NCBI GenBank assembly: GCA_965224195.1
Contig: OZ245040.1
Coordinates: 128,001 to 192,000 of the forward strand
Direction: 5' to 3'
Source: Nitrosopumilus sp.
GTDB taxonomy: Archaea > Thermoproteota > Nitrososphaeria > Nitrososphaerales > Nitrosopumilaceae
DNA: 64,000 bases
Part shown: positions 32,085 through 42,703 of the stretch, piece after piece
How the letters are laid out: each line of letters starts with the position of its first letter
Numbering within the stretch: position 1 is the stretch's first letter
The notes under the pieces: model-generated
The model's database searches: none
The model's input: only the letters and a program-made list of their open reading frames with translations
Told to the model about the DNA's origin: nothing
Translations under genes and position numbers: made by a program

Positions 32085-33476
32085 TTGAGTCAAATTACCA
32101 CTGTAAATCCAGCAACAGGTGAAGATATTGCAAACTATTCTCCAATGGATAAGAATCAGGTATTTGATTTAGTAGGAAAAGCAAAAAGAGCATATCCAGA
32201 ATGGAAAAAAGATTATGAGAAACGAAGAGGTTACGTTTACAATTTAGTTGAATATCTAAAGAAGAATAAAACAAAACTAGCAAAAATTGCTACATCTGAA
32301 ATGGGTAAACCACTCAAAGAATCAATTGGAGAGGTTGAAAAATGTGCATGGGCTTTAGAATTTTATGCAGATCATGGAGATAGCTTTCTTTCTGATGAAG
32401 TATTAAACACAGATGCAAGAAAAAGTTTTCTAACTTTTGAACCACTGGGAGTAATAGGCTCAATTATGCCATGGAATTTTCCTTATTGGCAAGCATTAAG
32501 ATTTGCAGCTCCTTGTCTAATGGCAGGTAATGTGATTGTAATGAAACCCTCTAGAGTAACAATGCAATCAGGTATTGAAATTGAAAAGGCATTTACCGAA
32601 TCTGGAATGCCTGATAGAATTTTTCAAACAGTAGTTGGAAGTGTAGAATCTGCAAATCATTTAATTGATTCTGACGTTAATGCAGTTACATTTACTGGCA
32701 GTACTAATGCAGGTGCAAAAGTAGGCGAAAGAGCTGCAAAGCATTTAAAAAAATGTGTTTTGGAATTAGGAGGAAGTGATCCTTTCATAGTATTGGATGA
32801 TGCAATTATTGAAAAAGCAGCAGAAGGTGCAGTCAAAGGCAGATTCATCAATTGTGGTCAAAGTTGTATTGCATCAAAAAGATTTTTTGTTGGGAAAAAT
32901 ATTGCAGAAGAATTTATTGAGTTATTTATCAAGAAAGCATCTAAGCTCAAAATAGGTGATCCAATGTCAATTGAAACAGATATTGGTCCATTATCAAGTA
33001 AAGATGGATTAGAAACAATCTCTGGAATAGTTGAAGATGCAAAAGAGAAAGGTGCAGAAATTCTTCTTGGCGGTTCTCAAATAGAAGAAAAAGGATTCTT
33101 TTACAAACCAACTATCCTAAAAAATGTAAAACCAAATATGAGAATAGCACAAGAAGAAACTTTTGGACCAGTGGCTCCAATTACAATTGTTGAAAATGAA
33201 AGTGAGGCAGTTAAGTTAGCAAATGAGAGTGAATTTGGTCTTGGTGCAAGTATATGGACAAAAGATCTTGCTAAAGCAGATAAAATGTCTAGACGAATTG
33301 AATCAGGTATAGTAAGTGTCAATAATGTAGTAATTTCAGACCCACGAATTCCGTTTGGAGGGATAAAACATAGTGGATTTGGAAGGGAACTATCAAGATA
33401 TGGGATGTTAGAATTTATAAATTTGAAATCAGTTAGATTTTATGATAATTTAACACATCATCATTACGTAGAATAG
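32085..33476 (+). CDS. NAD(P)-dependent succinate-semialdehyde dehydrogenase-like aldehyde dehydrogenase
   Basis: IMPWNFP, FTGST, LELGGSDP, GQSCIA, EETFGP, PFGGIKHSGFGRE. Confidence 0.92.
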   Translation: MSQITTVNPATGEDIANYSPMDKNQVFDLVGKAKRAYPEWKKDYEKRRGYVYNLVEYLKKNKTKLAKIATSEMGKPLKESIGEVEKCAWALEFYADHGDSFLSDEVLNTDARKSFLTFEPLGVIGSIMPWNFPYWQALRFAAPCLMAGNVIVMKPSRVTMQSGIEIEKAFTESGMPDRIFQTVVGSVESANHLIDSDVNAVTFTGSTNAGAKVGERAAKHLKKCVLELGGSDPFIVLDDAIIEKAAEGAVKGRFINCGQSCIASKRFFVGKNIAEEFIELFIKKASKLKIGDPMSIETDIGPLSSKDGLETISGIVEDAKEKGAEILLGGSQIEEKGFFYKPTILKNVKPNMRIAQEETFGPVAPITIVENESEAVKLANESEFGLGASIWTKDLAKADKMSRRIESGIVSVNNVVISDPRIPFGGIKHSGFGRELSRYGMLEFINLKSVRFYDNLTHHHYVE

Positions 33477-33498
33477 ATTATTTTATTATTCTAAAATA

Positions 33499-33798
33499 TT
33501 AGTCGTCTGAATCAAAATCATCATCTAATTCTTCCTCTAAATCTTCATCATCATCACATTCTTCCAATTCAACATGTGTTGGATTGCCATCATCTCCAAA
33601 AAAAATCTCAACACAGACATCTGTAGCTAAAGTGGATACTAGAATTTCTGCAAGTTCTTTAGGAAAATTTCCTAATCTACTAGGATCTGATGAGTATCTA
33701 TAGGAGGTGATTTCATCTTCATGATAAAAATCAAATTCAATATCTCCATGAGTAAATTTTCTTACTGTTGTTACTTGACCAAATATACTGTGGGTCAA
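33499..33798 (-). CDS. Conserved acidic hypothetical protein
   Basis: Clean ORF directly downstream of the hemerythrin gene. Confidence 0.7.
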   Translation of the reverse strand: MTHSIFGQVTTVRKFTHGDIEFDFYHEDEITSYRYSSDPSRLGNFPKELAEILVSTLATDVCVEIFFGDDGNPTHVELEECDDDEDLEEELDDDFDSDD

Positions 33799-33800
33799 AT

Positions 33801-34357
33801 CTAACTACCTTGTTGAGAAATATCTTTTGTAAGATCTTCTGCTAGTTGTTCATAATGTTCCCTAGTTTTACCAATCTCATCAAGTTTTGATTTTTCAATT
33901 TCGGTTAATTCTTTATCAACTTTTTCTGAAACATATTGTAATCTTGCTTCTGCCATCATGAATAATTTATTATTCTCTTTCCACAAATGCTCAGTGATAT
34001 GTTCAACATATTGTTGCATATCACTCACTAATTTTGTTGAATCACCTGTTGAAAGATATTCTTTAGCTGACAATTCCATTTCTGCATCAATCTCTCGTGA
34101 GCGTTGATGATCAATTAGCATCATAGCAATTGGTCCCATGTTAGTAGGTAAACCAGCTTGCTCTAAAGCTGGAAATAATGATTTTTCTTCTTTACTATGA
34201 TGACAAACATCTGTAAAGTTTTTTGAAAAATCAATTACTGGTAATAATATTGATTCAGGAATCTGTTTACCATCATTTAGTAATTGAACAGTAGATTCCA
34301 TTGCTTTGATGACTTTTTCTATTAATTCGTGATCGCGTCTTAGTGATTAGTAGACAT
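33801..34357 (-). pseudogene. Hemerythrin-domain protein with 1-nt deletion just after the start
   Basis: HHSKEE, DHQRSR, HLWKEN; ATG at 34357 is out of frame with SLRRDHELIEKV (atg tct act aa tca). Confidence 0.7.
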
Positions 34358-34455
34358 AATTAATTGAAATAAAATCCAATATCTATATCTTATTCATTTT
34401 AAAAAAATAATTAAAAGATAGAAATTAGTTAACTATGATTTGTTAACGTGTGGGT

Positions 34456-34695
34456 TTAACGATTAGAAAGGCTGTTTGCTTTAACAAATGTCCAAATCTT
34501 TTTGGTCATTTCACTTGGTGCAATTGGTTTCTTACCAAAGACTTGTTCTACTGTTTCAGAACGTCCTGCAAAACTAATTGCATATCCGCCAAATGCTGGT
34601 TTTTTAGATTTTAATTTGGTTGCTTTTCTTTTTGGAGCTGCTTTTCTTTTTGGAGCTGCTTTTCTTTTTGTTGTAGTTTTCTTTTTTACTGCCAT
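34456..34695 (-). CDS. Basic H1-like tail plus short SWIB-like domain protein
   Basis: KRKAAP repeats; VFGKKPIAPSEMTKKIWTFVKANSL. Confidence 0.75.
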   Translation of the reverse strand: MAVKKKTTTKRKAAPKRKAAPKRKATKLKSKKPAFGGYAISFAGRSETVEQVFGKKPIAPSEMTKKIWTFVKANSLSNR

Positions 34696-34730
34696 TTCTT
34701 GTAATTTTATTTCAAAGAAAGTATAATAAC

Positions 34731-35387
34731 TTACACTTTTAGATAATTCAAAACAAGATGACTTTTGAGCCTCTTGACAGATTTGAGTTGTAGATTTGGG
34801 GATTTAGAGATTTTATCAAATCCACTACCTTGAACAAAGGATATCGAATCATTTCCTCCAATTACAAAAGGAGAAAGCGTAATTATTAATTCATCAAATA
34901 TATTTTGTTTAATAAATTCCCAATTCACTGTACCACCACCTTCAACCAATATTGTTTTGATTTTTTTCTCTGAAAGTTTTTTTAATAGAGATTTGATATT
35001 GACTGACTTTTCTCCAGTAACAATTACTTGGACTGGGAAATTTTTTAATTTTTGAAGATTTAATTTGGTAATTTTTTTTGATACAGCTATTATGGTTGGC
35101 ACGTTTACAGATGTTTGCAAAATTTTTGATTTAATAGAAATATCACCTTTAGAATCTAAAATTATCCTAATAGGGTTTTTTCCTTTAGTATAACGTACAG
35201 TTAACAAAGGATCATCACGCATTAGAGTATTTTTTCCAATAATTATTGCATCAGCTTTTGTTCTTAGTTTGTGTAATCTATGAAGATCTTGATTGGAAGA
35301 AAATTTTGAATCTCCTGTTTTAGTAGCAATTTTTCCATCAACAGATATTGCTGCACTCAAAATAATATATGGCTTAAATTTTTCCAT
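34731..35387 (-). CDS. arfC: 2,5-diamino-6-ribosylamino-4(3H)-pyrimidinone 5'-phosphate reductase
   Basis: AAISVDGKIA, DDPLLTVR, LVEGGG; last gene of rib operon. Confidence 0.88.
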   Translation of the reverse strand: MEKFKPYIILSAAISVDGKIATKTGDSKFSSNQDLHRLHKLRTKADAIIIGKNTLMRDDPLLTVRYTKGKNPIRIILDSKGDISIKSKILQTSVNVPTIIAVSKKITKLNLQKLKNFPVQVIVTGEKSVNIKSLLKKLSEKKIKTILVEGGGTVNWEFIKQNIFDELIITLSPFVIGGNDSISFVQGSGFDKISKSPNLQLKSVKRLKSHLVLNYLKV

Positions 35388-36564
35388 GTACTATTTTTCC
35401 TCCAATCATTACTGCCTTTATTGTAGATTCAGATGCTCTATGTACAATTGATGCATGTGGATCATGTATTGGTTCTAAATCTAATGCATGTTTATCTAAA
35501 AATATACAATCAGCAAATTTTCCAGATTCAATACTTCCAATATTTTTATTTAAAATTTTTCCACCATTTACAGTTGCCATTTTAAGAATTTCTTTAGCAT
35601 CAATTCTTTTTTTATGTAACCCCATAGTTACTTTCCAAATAAAATCCATTTCTCTAAACATGTCAGGAGAGTTTATCATCACATTATCTGTGCCTAAAGC
35701 TAGAATACATCCAGATTTTTGTATTAAATCAATATCAGGAATTCCTTCAGCAAGCGATGAATTAGCTCTAGGACAAATTACAATACCTCTTGTTTTTTTA
35801 GATGTGATTTCAAGATCAGATTTTGAGGCATATGTCATGTGAACTAAAAAGTCAGGTTTTAGTGTTAAAGCTCTAATTATTTCAGATTTTCCAGTTATTT
35901 TTTTTGATTGAGTAATACTTTGTTTAGTTTCAGCAGAATGAATTGCTCTAATTTTTGATATTTTTGAATAATAATTCAATACAGAATTACTGTTTTCATT
36001 TGCACCACTCACACCAATGCCATCACATTTTTTGAGTAGTTCAAATAATTCAGAAGATTTTACGCTTGGAAATGATAAATTTTTTCTAATTTCTTTAGCA
36101 TCTTGATAAAATTCCATTCGACCTAAAATTATTGAACGTAAAGGAACATCTTCAAGGACTTTTTTTAATAAAATGACACCATCTAGCCCACCTTCCCTAA
36201 AATCAACAAACGTAGTAATTCCCTTTCTAAGCATTGAATGGCAAGTATTTTTCATAAAATTTCCCAGTATTTCATTTGATGTGTTTTTTAGAATTTTTGA
36301 TTTTGCTCCAAAGACTGGATGAATTTTTTCATTTACTGTATTGTTTAAAGAAACATCTTTTCCTACAGAATCTCCAATATGCGTATGAGCATTAATGAAT
36401 CCAGGTATCATTAAGAGTCCTTCACAATCTACACATTCTTCTTTTAAAATTGGTTTAATTTTTGAATGAATTTTTTTAAATTTATTGTTTTGAATTCTGA
36501 TATCAGTATTTGAAACATAATCTAATTCTTGACCAGTTAAAGCACTGATATTTTTTATTAACAT
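35374..36564 (-). CDS. Metal-dependent amidohydrolase within riboflavin operon
   Basis: PGFINAHTH, IHSAE, VHMT, CPRAN, LGTDN. Confidence 0.85.
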   Translation of the reverse strand: MLIKNISALTGQELDYVSNTDIRIQNNKFKKIHSKIKPILKEECVDCEGLLMIPGFINAHTHIGDSVGKDVSLNNTVNEKIHPVFGAKSKILKNTSNEILGNFMKNTCHSMLRKGITTFVDFREGGLDGVILLKKVLEDVPLRSIILGRMEFYQDAKEIRKNLSFPSVKSSELFELLKKCDGIGVSGANENSNSVLNYYSKISKIRAIHSAETKQSITQSKKITGKSEIIRALTLKPDFLVHMTYASKSDLEITSKKTRGIVICPRANSSLAEGIPDIDLIQKSGCILALGTDNVMINSPDMFREMDFIWKVTMGLHKKRIDAKEILKMATVNGGKILNKNIGSIESGKFADCIFLDKHALDLEPIHDPHASIVHRASESTIKAVMIGGKIVHGKI

Positions 36565-37310
36565 GATAATTCATAAACTTCAGGTTTTTCTTTCCCTGAA
36601 TCACGAATTTTACGTATTGTATCAAGAGATTTTGTGGCTAATTTTACTGCCTCTCTACCGGTATTTGCATTACCAATGCCACAATTCAATAAAATCTCAT
36701 CTTCATTTTTTTCAAGATTAATGAAATCTTGAACGGATTCTTTTGCTTCATCAGTCGATACAACCATAAAATTATCTCCACCCATAAAAAATGTAAGAGA
36801 ATTTTTTTCTAAAAAGAATTTAGACATTTTTGAATACAATCCAAAAATTATTGATAAAATTTCATAAGGAGAATTAGTTTTTCGTTTGGATGTAAGATCA
36901 TCAACATCTAGATGCATTATTGAAACTTTACAATCAAATTTATCATAAACAAAACCAAAAATATTATGTTCAAGGTTTAAAACAATTTTATTTTGTTTTC
37001 CTTCATATGCTTTAAGATTTGCTTCAAAAGGTGAATTGCCATAACCGATAGAAATGGTTAATCCAACTACAAATAATTTTTTAAGAGTTTTTTGAATTTG
37101 AATATGTTCCTCTAAATCTAAGCCATTTGAAACTACAAAAAATTCATCTCCTCTATTTAGAAAAACTATGCAATTTTTTTCAGAAAATAATCTTTGCACT
37201 TCTTTGTAGATAGATGCTTGAAGCATTTGCAGTTCATGTTCTCTATCACTACCAAGAGTTAGTGTCCATGTACCATATTCTGTGATTTTTAAAATGCTTA
37301 GTTGAATCAT
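36558..37310 (-). CDS. gch3: GTP cyclohydrolase III
   Basis: YGTWTLTLGSDREHELQMLQA, HLDVDD, FMGGDNF. Confidence 0.92.
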   Translation of the reverse strand: MIQLSILKITEYGTWTLTLGSDREHELQMLQASIYKEVQRLFSEKNCIVFLNRGDEFFVVSNGLDLEEHIQIQKTLKKLFVVGLTISIGYGNSPFEANLKAYEGKQNKIVLNLEHNIFGFVYDKFDCKVSIMHLDVDDLTSKRKTNSPYEILSIIFGLYSKMSKFFLEKNSLTFFMGGDNFMVVSTDEAKESVQDFINLEKNEDEILLNCGIGNANTGREAVKLATKSLDTIRKIRDSGKEKPEVYELSC

Positions 37311-37723
37311 TTTTGAATCCTTTTTAATTCATCAGAAATTTTTACAACTGCTTCTACTGCTCGTTCTGCAACGGGTCTAATTCTGGCATAAGCATGTCTT
37401 TCCTGCATTCCTGGACCTGAAATTCCTAAAGATACAGGTTTTTGATATTTTAATGACAAATCTGTTAATGCTTGGGCAGCTGCATGTGAGATTACTTCAT
37501 CATGTTTTGTTTGCCCCTTAATGATAGCACCCAAGGTGACTACAGCATCAATATCTTTTTTCTGCAATAATGAATCAACTATGATAGGCATATCATAGGC
37601 TCCTAGAACCATACAAGTGAAAGATATTTTTAATTTCATTAGTTCTGCTTTTTCTTTAGCAATAGAAAGCATTCTAGACGTTATTTCCTCATTGAATTCC
37701 GAAACTACTATTGCTATGTTCAA
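37307..37723 (-). CDS. ribH: Lumazine synthase
   Basis: IVVSEFN, GAYDMP, GAIIKGQTKHD, KPVSLGISGPG. Confidence 0.95.
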   Translation of the reverse strand: MNIAIVVSEFNEEITSRMLSIAKEKAELMKLKISFTCMVLGAYDMPIIVDSLLQKKDIDAVVTLGAIIKGQTKHDEVISHAAAQALTDLSLKYQKPVSLGISGPGMQERHAYARIRPVAERAVEAVVKISDELKRIQK

Positions 37724-37725
37724 AA

Positions 37726-38391
37726 CTAATTCACCTTAGCGTATTCTAGTAACTCTTTTCCATCAATCAATGGAATTCCGTTTTGTTTTGCAAATTTTTC
37801 AGCCTTATCCACAGATAATGCGGTATAAGTTTCAGCATCCATCATTTCACATATTGCAGTTACCGGAGTTAAACCTGCAATTTGTGCTAAATAAACAGAC
37901 ATCTCTGTATGTCCTTGGCGTGCAGCTAACAAACCTTTGGATGCTATCAATAGTGGAACATGTCCAGGAGTTTTAAAAGATGATGCAAATTTTTTCTGTT
38001 TGTTTTCAACATTATAGATTTTTGCCATTTCATTAATTGTCAATGCCCTATCTTTATCAGTAATTCCGGTGTATGTTTGGTAATGATTTACAGATAATGA
38101 AAAAGTTGGATGATCTCCATAAGGAGCTAATCCCATAATCATCTCTTTGTTTGAAATTGAAGACTCGGCAAGAATTTCATGCATATATTGTAAATCAAGA
38201 GATGCTGCAAAATTATTCTCAATTGCAATGCATAATAGTCCACCAGCATGCTGACGCATTCTTGCAACATGTTCAGGAGTCACAAATTCTGCAGCCACTA
38301 CCATATCAATTTCATTTTCTCTCCCTGCAGAGTCAAACAATAAAACAAATTCTTCACGTTTCAAAGATTGTAACGCAAAGTCAAGTGACAT
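37726..38391 (-). CDS. ribB: 3,4-dihydroxy-2-butanone-4-phosphate synthase
   Basis: DSAGRENEID, TGITDKDRA, PGHVPLL, RQGHTE, ICEMM. Confidence 0.95.
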   Translation of the reverse strand: MSLDFALQSLKREEFVLLFDSAGRENEIDMVVAAEFVTPEHVARMRQHAGGLLCIAIENNFAASLDLQYMHEILAESSISNKEMIMGLAPYGDHPTFSLSVNHYQTYTGITDKDRALTINEMAKIYNVENKQKKFASSFKTPGHVPLLIASKGLLAARQGHTEMSVYLAQIAGLTPVTAICEMMDAETYTALSVDKAEKFAKQNGIPLIDGKELLEYAKVN

Positions 38392-38468
38392 ATGAAAAAA
38401 CTTCTTAATCTAATTATAAAGTTTACTAAAAAATTGGTAGTTACCACTAAATTTGTAGATAATTGGCT

Positions 38469-39053
38469 TTACTTTAAGATATATTTGCCAAGAATGTCAG
38501 TTTCAATATTAACTTTATCGCCAACCTTTTTTGTGTAAAAATTTGTAACCTCAACTGTATGAGGTATCAAAGATATTGAGGCTAGTGAATTTTTTATGTC
38601 GACAACTGTCAAACTAATTCCATCTATAGCGATAGAACCTTTTTTCACTACAAATTTAGATAACTTTTTTGGAACTTCAAACCAAACTTGTACTTCTTTA
38701 GGTTTTTTTAGAATTTTTTTAATTATTGCAACGCCATCTACATGACCTAAAACAAAATGCCCTTCAAGTCTATCACCTGCTTTTAAACTACGTTCAATAT
38801 TTACAATTCCTCCAATCTTTAAATTTCCAAGATCAGTTTTTTTGGTAGTCTCTTCGATCATTTCAAAAATACAACTTGATTTAGAAAGTTTAGTTGCGGT
38901 AAGACAAACTCCATTTAGAGCAACACTTTGTCCAATTTTTAGCCCTTTTGCATGTTTTCCTAAATTTATAGTCATTTGAATAGCACTTCTATTTTTTGTA
39001 TTTTTAGAAATTTTTTCTACTTTACCAATTCCTTCAACAATTCCAGTAAACAT
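38469..39053 (-). CDS. ribE: Riboflavin synthase (bacterial-type alpha)
   Basis: MFTGIVE, NGVCLT, GHFVLGHVD, KGSIAIDGISLT. Confidence 0.95.
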   Translation of the reverse strand: MFTGIVEGIGKVEKISKNTKNRSAIQMTINLGKHAKGLKIGQSVALNGVCLTATKLSKSSCIFEMIEETTKKTDLGNLKIGGIVNIERSLKAGDRLEGHFVLGHVDGVAIIKKILKKPKEVQVWFEVPKKLSKFVVKKGSIAIDGISLTVVDIKNSLASISLIPHTVEVTNFYTKKVGDKVNIETDILGKYILK

Positions 39054-39122
39054 TAGAACATCTATAAATCATATCTATAAAATCCTTCACGTATTTACAA
39101 ATAATTTAGATTATCTACAAAA

Positions 39123-39827
39123 TTATTCAGAATCTGACGTCTTAAATTCATCATTACAAAATTGATGAAAAATAGAACATTTATTTTTCTTTGCGTCGTT
39201 TTTAATTTTTTCCATATCCTTATTGAGAACTCCTTGAACAGCTAAAAACGCATCATCATCCATTTTCAATTTTTCAAATAAGCATGATTTGGCAAGTGAG
39301 AGTTCTTTTAATTTTGGATCAATCATTTGTGCTTTATCATAGTAATCTATGGCATCATGATAGTTTTCTAAATGACTTAATGAAATTGCTTTATTCATTA
39401 AAGCCGTAACATCGTTTGAATCTATTAGGAGTGATGTATCATAGCATTCAAGGGCTTCTTTATGACGATTTAATTCATTTAGCGACAAACCCATACTGTT
39501 TAGAGCCCATGTATCCTTTGAATTAGTTGAAAGAATTTGCTGACATAATTCTAAAACTTGTTCATATTGTTTCAAATTTTCAAGAGCAAAAATCTTATTT
39601 TTTAAGGCATATGTATCAAAATTTTTTATTTCTAAAACCTTATTGCAATAATCAATAGATTCTTCATATTTTTTCAGATAAATCAAAGATAATGAGATGT
39701 TTTGTAATGCAAGCATATCATTTGGAATTTTTTCCAGCAATCCTTTGCAATATGTGTACATCTCCTCATATTTTTTAGCATTGAACATACTAGTTATCAC
39801 ACTTGAAGGATCAAGAAGATCTACCAT
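39123..39827 (-). CDS. TPR-repeat protein
   Basis: Repeated ALxNxGxxL..YEEA..CYD helices. Confidence 0.85.
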   Translation of the reverse strand: MVDLLDPSSVITSMFNAKKYEEMYTYCKGLLEKIPNDMLALQNISLSLIYLKKYEESIDYCNKVLEIKNFDTYALKNKIFALENLKQYEQVLELCQQILSTNSKDTWALNSMGLSLNELNRHKEALECYDTSLLIDSNDVTALMNKAISLSHLENYHDAIDYYDKAQMIDPKLKELSLAKSCLFEKLKMDDDAFLAVQGVLNKDMEKIKNDAKKNKCSIFHQFCNDEFKTSDSE

Positions 39828-39893
39828 CGTATATTTAGAGAATTTTCATTATCTTTAATCTATTCTAATTAAATAGAAATTTAAAAAATTGAA

Positions 39894-40037
39894 TTATTTC
39901 AAAGTTTTACGAAGTGTTTCATTCAAAACTTTAGAATAACTATATGACGATTGTTCTTGTTGAATTAGTTTTGCTTGACGTAGTCTAAGTTTTTTGTCAA
40001 GATCCTCATCAATCATTATTGTTACACGTTTACCCAT
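39894..40037 (-). CDS. Small ribbon-helix-helix-like protein (47 aa, not in ORF track)
   Basis: Hand translation [47 protein letters not shown]. Confidence 0.75.
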   Translation of the reverse strand: MGKRVTIMIDEDLDKKLRLRQAKLIQQEQSSYSYSKVLNETLRKTLK

Positions 40038-40084
40038 TTGTATCAAAAGTATTGTATGAAATTTTCAATATAAAACTATCTGGC

Positions 40085-40261
40085 TATCCTGAAAGTAAAA
40101 TTGAGGAACTAGTTAGAAAGAATTTTGACATGAAACCATCTGGAATCATATCTCAATTAGATTTGAAAAGACCTATTTACAAAAAAACTGCTGCTTATGG
40201 TCATTTTGGAAGAAATGAGCCAGAGTTTACTTGGGAAAAACCGATAAATCTAAAACATTAA
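40085..40261 (+). pseudogene. metK: Isolated 3' fragment of bacterial-type SAM synthetase
   Basis: [36 protein letters not shown]-terminal signature only. Confidence 0.85.
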
Positions 40262-40297
40262 AGCAACCTGCCGGATTGTAATAATTTTGGGTGATTA

Positions 40298-42362
40298 TCA
40301 ATTATATGGTAGTGAGGTAGGAGCACCTGACACGCCATCTGAATCTATTGCAGTGACTGTGACTGAACTGCACGACTGGATAGTGGCGTAAAGATCTTTT
40401 AAATAAGAAGTGTCTCTGTTTGATGGAGTACCAAATTCACTTATCCTCTGCGCTGTTAAAGTAAAACTACCAGTAACTTGGGTGTTAGTAGTACAGGTGT
40501 AATCTATTCTATAACTAGCAGTTGGTGAAACATTTGGTAGAGTGGATGGATACCATTTTTCGAGTGAGAGGATATTAAAATGTGTGTAATAGCTGCCACC
40601 CTCAATAGGACCTGGATAGGATGATTTTACAGCAACAGGACTGTGCATACCATCAGTGTTTTCGGCATGTATACCAACATTACATTTGGTGGTTGGGTTA
40701 GCATCAGCTGAATCAGTAAGCCTTGCTTGTGTAACACCATCAGATTGTGTTATGGTTTTAACACCATCTGTACCATCATTGCAGCTAAAAGTCACCTCAT
40801 AATGCTTGAGAGAGCCAGAGCCAAAGGATGCAGGTGCATCCCAATCCAGCAGGACACCATAGTCCGTGCTAAACCGAAGATTCGTGGGTGCAGGTGGAGC
40901 AGTAAGTGGACTAAGGTCTACAAGAGTACTGGTACTGTCAGAGTTTGAAGCTGCAACTGAGACTGAACTGCATGAGTCAATCTCATACGAGGCAGTAAGG
41001 AGAACAAATGGGTCTGCCAGTGCATCGTATTGTAATACAGTATACGTAGACGTACCAGTATCAGCAGCTCCACTAACAGGTGCGCATGTGTAAGTTACAG
41101 CATAGGATGCCAGTGGGGAGGTTCCGGTGCTGAGAGGAGCAGTCCATTTTTTTACCTTGAGCTTCTCGCCATCAATGGCATAGCCCCCACCAGTGATAGG
41201 ATCAGGTGCTACTGGTTGCGATACAGGTGGTGTAGCATCTGCGTTATGAGATGGTACCGTATATTCAATAATAGTAACGCGATGTACAAATTCAATATCG
41301 GCATCTGTACCATAGTATAGAGTGAGTGCAATAGTATACGTATATCCAGGAACAATGTCTTTAATTATGTGTGATGTTGATCTATTGCCATCTACAAAGT
41401 TCTTCGTACCAAAAGGTATGAATCCGGATGAACCCTCAGTTGGATCATTCCATTCCAGATTATAAGCAAATACATCACTGGATATTGGATGCCATGACAC
41501 CTCGATTGCATCACTGCCATCCATTGCAGCAGTTAATTGTATATTATCTGGTAGGTCTTTTAGAGGGGCGGTTAATGTAATTGTACTATTAATACCACCA
41601 CTATTAAGATATATTGGAGTTACATGAAACGTGCATAAGCCGTTTATATCCAAATTATCTATAGACGTAAATGTAAAGTCAGTAGTAAAGGTAGTATAGG
41701 TATTACCAGTAGCAGGACAATTGTATGAGATACTATAATAATGTACTACTTTATTATCTGAATTTGCTGGTGCTTTCCATGTTAAAGTGACTTTACTATC
41801 ACCTGTTTTTTCTATCTCTAAATTTTGTACTTTAGGATGATCTGATGATGCATCATCTGCAGTTGTTGTCGGGGATTGTCTGGTCTCCCTGATTTTGGGC
41901 TGCTCTGCTGCATTATCGTTATTGTCATTGCCGTTAATATTATTGTTAATATTATAATTATCATTATTATTTGCAGGCAGTACAACTGTCACATTATCAG
42001 ACCTGCCATTATCGACATCATATGCCCTGATGTGAACTTTACATGACTTATCATTAGCCACACCAAACGTGTAGAATGTATCACTGCCTGAAACCTTTAC
42101 CTTCTTTTGCTTCTTGCCATTAGAATCATCTGTATATGACAGGCACTTGCTTTTTATGAAATAGTTCTCAATGCCTTCCTGCGCATCCCACGATAACGTG
42201 GCAGTTGTACCATCACCGCTGCGCGCTATTGCAACATTTTGTGGGAGACCCCCCCCCCCCCGCTTTTAATGCAAATGCTTCAGAGGACTGGGCTGCAGTT
42301 AGTGCAACTACGGTAATCATTGTTACTGCCAAAACTGCAACCAAAAATATGTTAATGCTCAA
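40298..42362 (-). CDS. Secreted fibronectin type III repeat protein, out of frame at a G13 tract
   Basis: TTG-start signal peptide MSINIFLVAVLAVT..EAFA; FN3 motifs (LTWKAP, LDWDAP, PAPTNL); visibly higher GC than flanks. Confidence 0.8.
42249..42261 (-). repeat. Homopolymer G13 on the coding strand, right after the signal peptide
   Basis: 13 C on + strand; 12 or 15 would restore the frame. Confidence 0.9.
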
Positions 42363-42703
42363 TGAGTTCCCTGCATTGCATGGACTATAAAAATATTTTT
42401 ATCTGTGGTTCTGCAGACATCCTTCTCCTATTCTGGAAAAATAACAGAATCAGATGAGGAAAATGTGATTGCAGTTTCATTGATGAATTCCATGAGTAAA
42501 AATCCTGAAACAGCCCAAAATCTTAAATTATTACAGGATAGGAGAATCGATCATTAATTCAATTGATTCTAACCAAAAATATCAAAACTCAATTCGATGA
42601 AATATCACCATTTTTTTTCTTTAATTGACTAAAAATCATTCACAAGGTCAGCTTTGAGATGCAATGTAACTTTTTATTCCCATTTTGAAAAGTAAATCAT
42701 AAA

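Noticed and set aside
40019-40261. 80-aa ORF as a real gene
   Set aside because: The N-terminus is spurious and overlaps the RHH gene; only the metK fragment is meaningful
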